From a virus, in IMG/VR virus record IMGVR_UViG_3300032224_000970, positions 64,001-128,000 of that record: 64,000 nt of DNA. The stretch is one strand, 5' to 3'. The position numbers and the translations under genes were made by a program. This document shows positions 56,109-64,000 of this stretch, piece after piece (position 1 is the stretch's first letter; each line of letters opens with the position of its first letter). The notes beneath the pieces are model-generated. The model had not been told where the DNA came from, searched no databases, and saw nothing but the letters and a program-made list of their open reading frames with translations.

Positions 56109-57101
56109 ATGATAACGAAAACAAAAACCAAACTAACAGATCAACGTACTTATTTTAAACCATTCAACTATCCATGGGCATATGATGCATGGTTGAAACA
56201 TGAACAGGCACACTGGCTTCATACAGAAGTGCCGATGGCTGAAGATGTAAAAGACTGGAAGAAGAAACTTACTGCTGAGGAAAAGCAATTCCTTACAAAC
56301 ATCTTTCGTTTCTTCACACAGGGTGATATCGATGTAGCAGGTGGTTATGTAAATAACTATCTTCCATATTTCCCACAGCCAGAGATCCGTATGATGCTTA
56401 TGGGATTCGCTGCACGTGAAGCATTGCATATTGCAGCATATTCTCACCTGATTGAAACTTTAGGAATGCCCGAAGCCACTTATAATGAATTCCTTGAATA
56501 TCAAGAGATGAAGGATAAGCATGACTATGTTACCACACTCAGTTCGAAAAATGGCACTCTCGCCTCGACAGCTACCCACATCGCAGTCTTCTCTGCTTTT
56601 ACTGAGGGTATGCAGCTGTTTAGTTCTTTTATTATGCTACTTAATTTTCCAAGACATGGTATAATGAAAGGTATGGGGCAGATCGTTACTTGGTCTATCG
56701 TTGATGAAACAATGCATGCCGAGAATATGATTCGTCTATTCAAAGAGTTTATCAAAGAGAACAATGAGATCTGGAATGATGATCTGAAGAGCAAGATCTA
56801 TTCTATCGCTGAAAAGATGGTAGAGTTAGAAGATAAGTTTATTGACCTTTGCTACGCCAATGGTGATATGCGTGACTTGTCTGCAGCTGATGTAAAACAA
56901 TACATTCGTTACATTGCTGATCGCAGACTTATCTCTCTTGGTATGAAAGGTATTTTCAAAGTAAAGCGTAACCCACTACCATGGGTGGAAGAAATGATCA
57001 ATGCACCAGTGCATGGCAACTTCTTTGAGAATCGTGTAACTGACTACGCTAAGGGTGCGTTATCTGGATCATGGACTGATGTGTGGGGGAAAGCAGCATA
57101 A
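56109..57101 (+). CDS. nrdB: class I ribonucleotide reductase beta subunit
   Basis: FFTQGD, REALHIAAY, EGMQLFSSF, DETMH and NFFENRVTDY. Confidence 0.97.
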   Translation: MITKTKTKLTDQRTYFKPFNYPWAYDAWLKHEQAHWLHTEVPMAEDVKDWKKKLTAEEKQFLTNIFRFFTQGDIDVAGGYVNNYLPYFPQPEIRMMLMGFAAREALHIAAYSHLIETLGMPEATYNEFLEYQEMKDKHDYVTTLSSKNGTLASTATHIAVFSAFTEGMQLFSSFIMLLNFPRHGIMKGMGQIVTWSIVDETMHAENMIRLFKEFIKENNEIWNDDLKSKIYSIAEKMVELEDKFIDLCYANGDMRDLSAADVKQYIRYIADRRLISLGMKGIFKVKRNPLPWVEEMINAPVHGNFFENRVTDYAKGALSGSWTDVWGKAA

Positions 57102-57250
57102 TGGCAATCAAATATTTTGAGTGTGCGGAGTGTGGAGCAGAAGGAAAGATTACAGTAAAGGGTAATGATATCCCAGTACAAGATATTGTATACTGTCCAG
57201 TCTGCTCTGCCGACATCTACGAAGAAGAGGAGTTCGACGAGGAAGAATAA
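57101..57250 (+). CDS. small Zn-ribbon protein with acidic tail (absent from the ORF track)
   Basis: MAIKYFECAECG...YCPVCSADIYEEEEFDEEE; TAATG coupling to nrdB. Confidence 0.75.
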   Translation: MAIKYFECAECGAEGKITVKGNDIPVQDIVYCPVCSADIYEEEEFDEEE

Positions 57251-57260
57251 ATAGTCTTCT

Positions 57261-57686
57261 ATGTGGACTTATTTAAACAATATCGTTGAAGAATTACCAG
57301 AAGATTGTGTAGGTTTTGTATACCTAATCACCAACACAATCTCAAATCGCAAGTATGTAGGTAAGAAGTTAGCCAAGTTCTCAAAGACCACTTACAAGAT
57401 GGTCAAGTTAAAGAATGGCACTAAGAAGAAAAAGAAGATAAGATCCAAGATTGATTCCGACTGGCAGGATTACTATGGATCTAGTATTGAATTACAAAAA
57501 GACATAGAATCATTAGGCAAAGAAAACTTTGTAAGAGAAATTTTATATTTCTGTAAATCAAAAGCAGAGTGTTCTTACATAGAAGCCAGAGAACAATTTA
57601 CTAGAAGGGTACTAGAGAGCACTGAGTACTACAATAATAACATTATGTGTAGGATTCATGGCTCTCATATTATTAACAAGATATGA
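57261..57686 (+). CDS. denA: GIY-YIG endonuclease II-like
   Basis: GFVYLITN...YVGKK, SDWQDYYGSS and YYNNNI; downstream of nrdB as in T4. Confidence 0.85.
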   Translation: MWTYLNNIVEELPEDCVGFVYLITNTISNRKYVGKKLAKFSKTTYKMVKLKNGTKKKKKIRSKIDSDWQDYYGSSIELQKDIESLGKENFVREILYFCKSKAECSYIEAREQFTRRVLESTEYYNNNIMCRIHGSHIINKI

Positions 57687-58759
57687 AATACTTACTATTC
57701 CTAACAGCTTTATCGCTGTCAGCAACGGCAGCGTATTACTCCATCATGGGATTGGTAGCAATTTTTGCTGCAGCTGCTATCCCAATCTTTGTCATGGGTT
57801 CACTACTTGAAGTATCTAAACTTGTAGTAGCATCATGGCTATACCGAAATTGGAAAGAAATACCAATATTATTGAAGAGTTATTTCTCAGTAGCATTGGT
57901 AGTTCTTATGCTGTTAACTTCAATGGGTATCTTTGGCTATCTGTCAAAGGCACACTTGGATCAAGCAGTACCATCAGGTGATGTGCAGGCAAAACTTGCA
58001 TTAATAGATGAAAAAATTAAAACAGAAAAGGAGAACATAAATGCAAGTCGTAAAGAACTTTCTCAACTCGATGCTCAAGTTGATCAAACCATCAGTAGAA
58101 CAACCGAAGCCAGTGGAACAGACCGAGCCATTGCCATCCGTAGAGGACAGCAAAAAGATAGAGCCAGAATCCTCAACGAAATCGGTCAAGCGCAAGCCAA
58201 GATCGCAAAGTACAACGAAGAACGTGCGCCAATCGCCAGCGAAGTCCGCAAAGTCGAAGCCGAAGTCGGTCCGATCAAATACATCGCAGCGTTAATATAT
58301 GGAGATACTGCTGACCAAAATTTATTAGAGTCAGCAGTCCGTATTGTTATCCTGTTGATTGTATTTGTATTTGATCCACTTGCTGTGTTGATGTTGGTCG
58401 CTGCTAATTTGGAAATGGTGAAGGGTATGAAAAAAGATCCCGAACAAATTATAGAAGAACCAGCACCACAAGCACAACCAGATCCCGAACCAGTAGAACC
58501 ACCGAAACCTTTACCGAGTGAAGCAAAGAGTATAATCAAAGACTTCTTTACTGGTAATAAAACTGTAAAGGAAGAAGTGAAGGAAGAGGAAAAAGGTAAA
58601 GAGTGGGAAAAACAATTATACGATAGAGTTGAACCTAAGAAAAAGAGAGTTATAAGTTATGATACTCTTGGAAGAAGAATTACTCCACTTACTGAACAAG
58701 AATTGATTGAAATACAAGTAGAAGAATTACAAAGAGATACTCCGCATAAAGCATCTTGA
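57683..58759 (+). CDS. multi-TM membrane protein with periplasmic coiled coil
   Basis: AAYYSIMGL, LEVSKLV, GIFGYLSKAH, EVGPIKYIA and VFDPLAV. Confidence 0.7.
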   Translation: MKYLLFLTALSLSATAAYYSIMGLVAIFAAAAIPIFVMGSLLEVSKLVVASWLYRNWKEIPILLKSYFSVALVVLMLLTSMGIFGYLSKAHLDQAVPSGDVQAKLALIDEKIKTEKENINASRKELSQLDAQVDQTISRTTEASGTDRAIAIRRGQQKDRARILNEIGQAQAKIAKYNEERAPIASEVRKVEAEVGPIKYIAALIYGDTADQNLLESAVRIVILLIVFVFDPLAVLMLVAANLEMVKGMKKDPEQIIEEPAPQAQPDPEPVEPPKPLPSEAKSIIKDFFTGNKTVKEEVKEEEKGKEWEKQLYDRVEPKKKRVISYDTLGRRITPLTEQELIEIQVEELQRDTPHKAS

Positions 58760-58816
58760 GACCTTGAAACCGCTAAATAGTTTTGGATCCCAATAACAAC
58801 TATAATGGATTTAAAG

Positions 58817-59374
58817 ATGGCACAAGAACAAACTCAAGCAAAACCTCTATCTCGTTCTGAAAGAGAAGCACTTATTAAAGATAAAGCAGGATGGGTTATT
58901 ACTATCCTTGCTGCTCTATTGGCAATTAATACTTATATGGGTGGTGGTAATAGTTCGAAGGTGTTGAATAATACCATTGAAGCCAACAATACATGGGCAT
59001 TCTATCAGGCAAAAAGCATTAAGCAAACATTAGCTGAGCAGTCTCAAGATGATGCTAAATTTCGTAATGACACGAAGAAAGTAGAATTTCTTCAGAAGAA
59101 AATTGATCGTTATGAATCTGATCCAGCAACTGGTGAGGGTAAAAAAGAATTGATGGAAAAAGCAAGAAAACTAGAAGCTGATCGTGCTGTTGCTAAATCA
59201 CGTGGACCATGGTATACATTCGCTGGAAGTTTATTCCAGATTGCTATTGTATTACTAACAGCATCTATTCTTGCGGTAAACAACAGATTATATAATGCCA
59301 GTCTTGGAGTTGGTGCGCTTGCAGCCATACTTATGTCACAAGCAATTTGGTTATGGTTACCACTAACAATCTAA
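58817..59374 (+). CDS. DUF4337-like membrane protein
   Basis: LAALLAI...NTWAFYQAKSIKQ...LFQIAIVL; late promoter CTAAATA at 58773. Confidence 0.75.
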   Translation: MAQEQTQAKPLSRSEREALIKDKAGWVITILAALLAINTYMGGGNSSKVLNNTIEANNTWAFYQAKSIKQTLAEQSQDDAKFRNDTKKVEFLQKKIDRYESDPATGEGKKELMEKARKLEADRAVAKSRGPWYTFAGSLFQIAIVLLTASILAVNNRLYNASLGVGALAAILMSQAIWLWLPLTI

Positions 59375-59386
59375 TAAGGGAACAAA

Positions 59387-59860
59387 ATGAACAGAAAGAT
59401 CGCTACAGCGGTGCTTTTTGTCATGGCTACATCACTTGCAATGGCAGATCCCATTGTAACCGACTCGACTAGTAGAAGCACAACAGACTCTACCTCAACA
59501 AGCACGACAACAGTAAAATCCCCACCTCCAACTGCGGTGGCTCCAGCAATCACAAGCATCAATAATGACTTATGTGCAGTAGGTGTATCTGGCGCAGCAC
59601 AAACACAAATTCTTGGTATCGCTATCGGTTCTACATTCGTAGATAAGAATTGCGAAAGATTAAAGTTATCCAAGACACTTTATGACATGGGTATGAAAGT
59701 AGCTGCAGTTGCTACTCTGTGTCAAGACGAACGTGTGTTTACTGCTATGATGAATGCAGGAACACCATGTCCTGTTGATGGAAAAATTGGTGAGTCTGCT
59801 AAAGCAATTTGGGACGCTGATCCATCTAGACAGCCACAGAAAATCAAGAGTAAAGACTAA
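59387..59860 (+). CDS. exported Cys-containing protein
   Basis: Signal peptide; SPPPTAVAP, DKNCERLKLSK..YDMGMKVAAV and AGTPCP. Confidence 0.7.
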   Translation: MNRKIATAVLFVMATSLAMADPIVTDSTSRSTTDSTSTSTTTVKSPPPTAVAPAITSINNDLCAVGVSGAAQTQILGIAIGSTFVDKNCERLKLSKTLYDMGMKVAAVATLCQDERVFTAMMNAGTPCPVDGKIGESAKAIWDADPSRQPQKIKSKD

Positions 59861-62157
59861 TGCGTTTCGCATTGGCATTTTTTCTAATGATAGTTTTGGC
59901 AGTGTTGCTGCCAAAGGCACGTGCACAATCCACCGTATCTAACAACATTTTAACTCCAACAGTCCCAGCATGGTCTGGTTCTGTCGCAGGACAAAATGGT
60001 GGTTACTCTGGTGGTGGTAATGGACCAGCATTTAATTCTACAACAAATACTTTAATCTTTGGATATACTAATGCAACTGCAACACAAAATATATCTGCCC
60101 AAGCATTTGCTATTCAACATGCACTAGATCTAGCAAACTCTGGTATTAAAATTCAGGGATATAACTACTCATGGCAGATTAATAACTCTGGTCAACAGTC
60201 AGGAACACTTACTGGTAAAGTTGATCTTCTTAGATCAGGTAGTGTGCTAGAGTCTTATACTTACAACTATAATGCACCAACAAATGGGTTTGAGTTAAAG
60301 ACTGGTACACAGAATTTTACGAATGAATATGATATGCTCTCTACAGATGCAATCAGATTATCATTTACTGGTAAGGATAGTAGATTCTGGTCAGGTTATT
60401 ATGGACCACAGGTTAGACAGCCATCTCTAACACTTAACTATACAACAGACCCATGTGCTGCTAATCCATTATATTCACCAAGTTGTCCAAACTACAATAA
60501 AGTACTGACTAGTCAAAACCTACTTGGGAATGAATATGGTATACAAAGTTATGCTATCAATCAAGCACTAGCATTATCTGGTTCAGGTGTGCAGATTAAT
60601 GGTTTCAAGTATGGTTATGACTTGTATGTTGGTGGTGATTGGTGTTATTTTGGATTTATAATTTGTTTTGATTGGAGACAATCTTCAATGGCAGTAGATG
60701 TTAATGTTACATCAGCTGCAGGAACAAATCTGTATACTGCAACACATGATCATACTCAACAAAATACATTCGGTAGTTACAGCTACAGTTATGTGTTCCC
60801 AACAAAACAACCATTGACATCGATGGGCAACTTCTCATTGTCTTCAAGACAATTTGGAACAGGTGCATTATACAGTAGCTGGAGTAACTGGCAGTATACA
60901 CCTGACCCATGCGTAGTAGATCCACTGTCATCTGCAACATGTCCAGGTTACGCAGTTGCTTATAAAACACAACAGTGTGCTGCCAATCCTTTATATGCAG
61001 CTGATTGTCCAGGATATGCTGCTGCTATGTTTACACAGCAATGTACTGCTAATGTTTTGTCAGACCCGACATGTCCAGGATATGCATCTGCTTATTTAAA
61101 CTATCAGTGCTCTATCAACCCTCTCTATTCAACAACTTGTGCTGGATATGAAACTGCATATTTCAGTCAGCAGTGCTCTATCAATCCTTTATACAACAGT
61201 AGATGTGATGGTTATGCAGTCGCTTACAAAGCACAACAGTGTTCACTAAATGCTCTTTATGCTACTGACTGTCCAGGATATGCTACAGCCTATAAATCTC
61301 AACAGTGTTCACTAAATGCTCTTTATGCTACTGACTGTCCAGGATATGCAGCTGCTTATAAAACACAGCAGTGTAATTCAGATGGATTATATGCAAGAGA
61401 CTGCCCAAACTATGCTGAAGCATATGCTAAGAAAAATGTTCTAAACATATCTTCAACAGGAACTACTACCACAACTACTGCACCGAAAACTACAACTACA
61501 GTTTCAACTACAGAACCAACACCAACAGTTTCGAGTAGTGGTAAGGTTACAACTGATGTTGCGATTGTAAGTGATAGTAATGTAAACACAGTTATCACTA
61601 GTAAGTCAACAAGTACTGATGCAGCTGCAACTTCTGCACCTGTTAACGTAACTAAACAAGAATCACCACAACAATCTCAACAAACACAACCAACAACTAC
61701 AGCATCTGCCCCACAGGACAAGAAAGCTGAGGAGAAAAAAGATGATGCTCCGAAAGGCACTGGAGGCAGTTCTTCGCCACAAAATACTGGTAATGCTACA
61801 GCGTCATCTGATACAAAGAACGAACCAAAAACTGCAAGACAAGAAATAGCAGAGAAGAGACAGGAAGCTGCCAGAGCAAAGGCAGTTGAGACTGGAAAGA
61901 ATCTCGCTAATGAAATGGGTAAAGCATCAAACATGGATCAACAGATTGCTGTTCAGAATGTAGTTATACAAGCAATGGGTTTCACTCCAGGATTTGATGC
62001 ATATGGTAAAACAGTAGTTCCAGATGTTATTGGTTATAAACCCTTTACAGTTTACAACAATCAAAAAAATATCGACAATCGTGCCAATCTAAGAATGTGG
62101 ACTGGTACTGATAATCTGCACAATGAAATGGTGGAGAAACAATATGAAGGTAGATAA
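59860..62157 (+). CDS. large exported protein with 22-aa Cys repeats
   Basis: Signal peptide, duplicated domain, QQC..NPLY..DCPGY repeats and a Thr/Ser-rich linker. Confidence 0.75.
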   Translation: MRFALAFFLMIVLAVLLPKARAQSTVSNNILTPTVPAWSGSVAGQNGGYSGGGNGPAFNSTTNTLIFGYTNATATQNISAQAFAIQHALDLANSGIKIQGYNYSWQINNSGQQSGTLTGKVDLLRSGSVLESYTYNYNAPTNGFELKTGTQNFTNEYDMLSTDAIRLSFTGKDSRFWSGYYGPQVRQPSLTLNYTTDPCAANPLYSPSCPNYNKVLTSQNLLGNEYGIQSYAINQALALSGSGVQINGFKYGYDLYVGGDWCYFGFIICFDWRQSSMAVDVNVTSAAGTNLYTATHDHTQQNTFGSYSYSYVFPTKQPLTSMGNFSLSSRQFGTGALYSSWSNWQYTPDPCVVDPLSSATCPGYAVAYKTQQCAANPLYAADCPGYAAAMFTQQCTANVLSDPTCPGYASAYLNYQCSINPLYSTTCAGYETAYFSQQCSINPLYNSRCDGYAVAYKAQQCSLNALYATDCPGYATAYKSQQCSLNALYATDCPGYAAAYKTQQCNSDGLYARDCPNYAEAYAKKNVLNISSTGTTTTTTAPKTTTTVSTTEPTPTVSSSGKVTTDVAIVSDSNVNTVITSKSTSTDAAATSAPVNVTKQESPQQSQQTQPTTTASAPQDKKAEEKKDDAPKGTGGSSSPQNTGNATASSDTKNEPKTARQEIAEKRQEAARAKAVETGKNLANEMGKASNMDQQIAVQNVVIQAMGFTPGFDAYGKTVVPDVIGYKPFTVYNNQKNIDNRANLRMWTGTDNLHNEMVEKQYEGR
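60904..61431 (+). repeat. 8 x 66-bp coding tandem repeat (C-x9-C-PGY)
   Basis: Eight consecutive 22-aa units; 50-bp exact copies at 61234-61283 and 61300-61349. Confidence 0.9.
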
Positions 62158-62927
62158 TGGATCCATTAACATTATTCGCACTTGCTAATGGCGCAGTATC
62201 TGCAATAAAAGCTGGTTGTAAACTTTATAAAGATGTAAAGGGAGCAGCTGGCGATATTAAGGATGTACTTAAAGATCTAGATCATCAGTTTCATAATGCA
62301 TATGAAGCAAAAGGAAAAACTCCACCGCCAGCTGCAGTCAAACAATTAAATGAAGAGAAAGCAAGAGTAAAAGAATTAAACAAGAAAGATACTGGTGACA
62401 TTTATTTCGAACTTGGTCAACATCTTGGAGCTTTCTTTGATAATCAAGCAAAATGCATAGCAGTATTTGAAGCAGAAGAAAGAAGATCTTATCAATTATA
62501 TACAGGCGATGCTTCAGTAGGTAGTCGTGCTCTACAACGAGTTCTGATGAAAAAGAAACTTGAGCAGATGGAAATTGAATTGCGTGAAATAATGGTATAC
62601 CAAAGCCCACCAGAATTAGGTGCTCTTTGGACAGAAGTATTACAGCAGTCTAAAATATTAAACGCAAGACAAGCTGTTGCTCTAAAGAAACAAATTGAAA
62701 AGCAACATAAAGAAGATCTTAAGCATGCAAAGTTTATGCGAAAAGTTTACGCATGGACTTGGTGGATTGGTGCAGTTATGATGTTATTTTTGTTTACCTT
62801 TGTTATGATGATTTTTGTTGCTACAGATAGAATGAGTAAATATCCTCAGTTGGGATTTGATTTAATTCCAAAAACTGAGAAACAAAGAAAAGAAGACGCA
62901 AAACCAAAACATTACATAGGAAGATAA
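62157..62927 (+). CDS. membrane-anchored coiled-coil protein
   Basis: MDPLTLFALANGAVSAIKAG start and a C-terminal TM segment. Confidence 0.6.
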   Translation: MDPLTLFALANGAVSAIKAGCKLYKDVKGAAGDIKDVLKDLDHQFHNAYEAKGKTPPPAAVKQLNEEKARVKELNKKDTGDIYFELGQHLGAFFDNQAKCIAVFEAEERRSYQLYTGDASVGSRALQRVLMKKKLEQMEIELREIMVYQSPPELGALWTEVLQQSKILNARQAVALKKQIEKQHKEDLKHAKFMRKVYAWTWWIGAVMMLFLFTFVMMIFVATDRMSKYPQLGFDLIPKTEKQRKEDAKPKHYIGR

Positions 62928-62929
62928 AA

Positions 62930-63493
62930 ATGACAGAAGAAATTAAAGACGTCAACGCAAAGGTTGATGAGTTAGAAGCAGCAGCAAAGAAGTATGCTAG
63001 TAAAGACACAGTCATCAGTATTGGTGGGTATGAGTTCACACCTGCTAAGTTGATGGTTGCGTTTACTATTGTATCTTCTATTCTGGGTGGGTTATATGGT
63101 GCGTTTGAAGTTTACAAAGACTATCAGAGCATGAAGAAGCGCATCGCTGAGTACGTGGCTCCAGACTTGTCAGACTTGAACAAGAAAATGGAAATCACTA
63201 TGCAGAATTCAGAGAAGTCTGTTCAATATACTCAAGATATCAAGAACGACTTGAAGCAAGATATCCGTCGTTTAGAGGGAGTTGTTGAATCTGTAGAGCG
63301 TAGTTCTAAACAGAACCAACGTGAAACCGAACAGGCACTACAAGCTGTTCGCAATGAATCACGTGCAGCTATTAAAGAATCTGAGAATCATATGAAGGAT
63401 GTTTCAAGAGAAACACAAACTGCGCTTAAGGGTATACAACGTGACCTAGATAGTAAGATACAAAAAGCATTGGATAACCCACTAGCCAAATAA
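62930..63493 (+). CDS. membrane-anchored coiled-coil protein
   Basis: TM segment SILGGLYGAFEVYKDY; ends IQKALDNPLAK. Confidence 0.6.
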   Translation: MTEEIKDVNAKVDELEAAAKKYASKDTVISIGGYEFTPAKLMVAFTIVSSILGGLYGAFEVYKDYQSMKKRIAEYVAPDLSDLNKKMEITMQNSEKSVQYTQDIKNDLKQDIRRLEGVVESVERSSKQNQRETEQALQAVRNESRAAIKESENHMKDVSRETQTALKGIQRDLDSKIQKALDNPLAK

Positions 63494-63514
63494 CAACAAT
63501 AAAGGTGAATTGAG

Positions 63515-64000
63515 ATGAAAAAGATTTTAGGTGTATTTTTAGTACTGTTTGCTTCTTTATCATTAGCAAACCCAATTGACGATTCTTGTCCCCAGCATGT
63601 AGTATGGGGTGCTCCACAGATTAAACAAGAAGGTAACAATCAGTACCTATGCCGAACTGGTTATGCTGTTAATTATAACTACCAAACTAAGGTAGCGTAC
63701 TTCGTCACTGAAGTTATCAAGCCAGAACTACTTGTAACAAAATCAGTTTCTCGCAAAGATGATTTTCGTGAAGATCCTCAGATCCCTGCACAATATCGTG
63801 CAACATTGAAAGACTATCAGGGTGCAGGTCTTGATCGTGGTCATATGGCACCTGCAGCAAACTTCACTTACGATGCGGGAGTAATGAGTGAAAGTTTTTT
63901 GCTTTCAAATATGATGCCACAGTCTCCAGGAAACAATCGTGGAATCTGGAAATATCTAGAGGAGAACACTCGCTACTGGGCATCCAAGTATGGGCATTTA
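63515..64000 (+). CDS. exported DNA/RNA non-specific endonuclease (NucA/EndoG family), truncated by window end
   Basis: Signal peptide MKKILGVFLVLFASLSLA; LDRGHMAPA, ESFLLSNMMPQ and NNRGIWK (translated by hand). Confidence 0.9.
   Translation, partial: MKKILGVFLVLFASLSLANPIDDSCPQHVVWGAPQIKQEGNNQYLCRTGYAVNYNYQTKVAYFVTEVIKPELLVTKSVSRKDDFREDPQIPAQYRATLKDYQGAGLDRGHMAPAANFTYDAGVMSESFLLSNMMPQSPGNNRGIWKYLEENTRYWASKYGHL

Noticed and set aside
28878-57101. Introns or inteins in gp43, gp41, thyX, nrdA or nrdB
   Set aside because: All are continuous ORFs of ordinary length with no intein or homing motifs
60904-61431. CRISPR array or DGR template
   Set aside because: The repeats are in-frame 66-bp coding units without unique spacers, and no cas or reverse transcriptase gene is present
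897-63639. Minus-strand and alternative-frame ORFs in the track (for example 11950-12708, 25471-25992, 33683-34171)
   Set aside because: They lie within well-supported + strand genes and have no RBS or recognisable motifs; shadow ORFs
1-64000. tRNA genes, integrase or att sites
   Set aside because: No cloverleaf with a T-loop GTTCGA pattern in the intergenic gaps and no recombinase ORF were seen, so the IHF-like boxes are not called att sites

Overview
A 64-kb segment of a T4-like (Tevenvirinae-type) myophage genome. All credible genes are on the + strand. Spanins, IHF-consensus boxes and sigma70-type promoters point to a Gram-negative, probably proteobacterial, host. In order: the head module (end of portal gp20, gp67, gp21, gp22, gp23), gp3, uvsY/uvsW, gp55, gp47/46, a CobT/CobS-like VWA-MoxR pair, gp45/44/62, regA, hsp20, DNA ligase, gp43, uvsX and gp41. 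Next come a TET/JBP dioxygenase + glycosyltransferase + HAD DNA-modification cassette and a ~9-kb block of probable capsid-internal (injected) proteins with Dps. The window ends with lysis genes, primase, thyX, nrdAB, endonuclease II and a cluster of exported or membrane proteins, the last a truncated DRGH nuclease. The most striking unexplained feature is a set of modular polyproteins, in which small His/Lys-rich domains are separated by repeated EEVELDE/A-type linkers matching the prohead-protease cleavage motif; two linkers are identical over 26 bp. Also notable: His-rich ligase-like and nucleotidyltransferase-like proteins with capsid-targeting-like leaders, the TET-GT cassette with no methyltransferase in the window, a repeated IHF-box/palindrome/early-promoter cassette, and structured RNAs (a multi-hairpin leader with a ROSE-like thermometer before hsp20, and an H-type pseudoknot before an HTH gene). 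No tRNA, CRISPR array, intron or integrase was seen. All family assignments come from motif recognition by eye, not from database searches.
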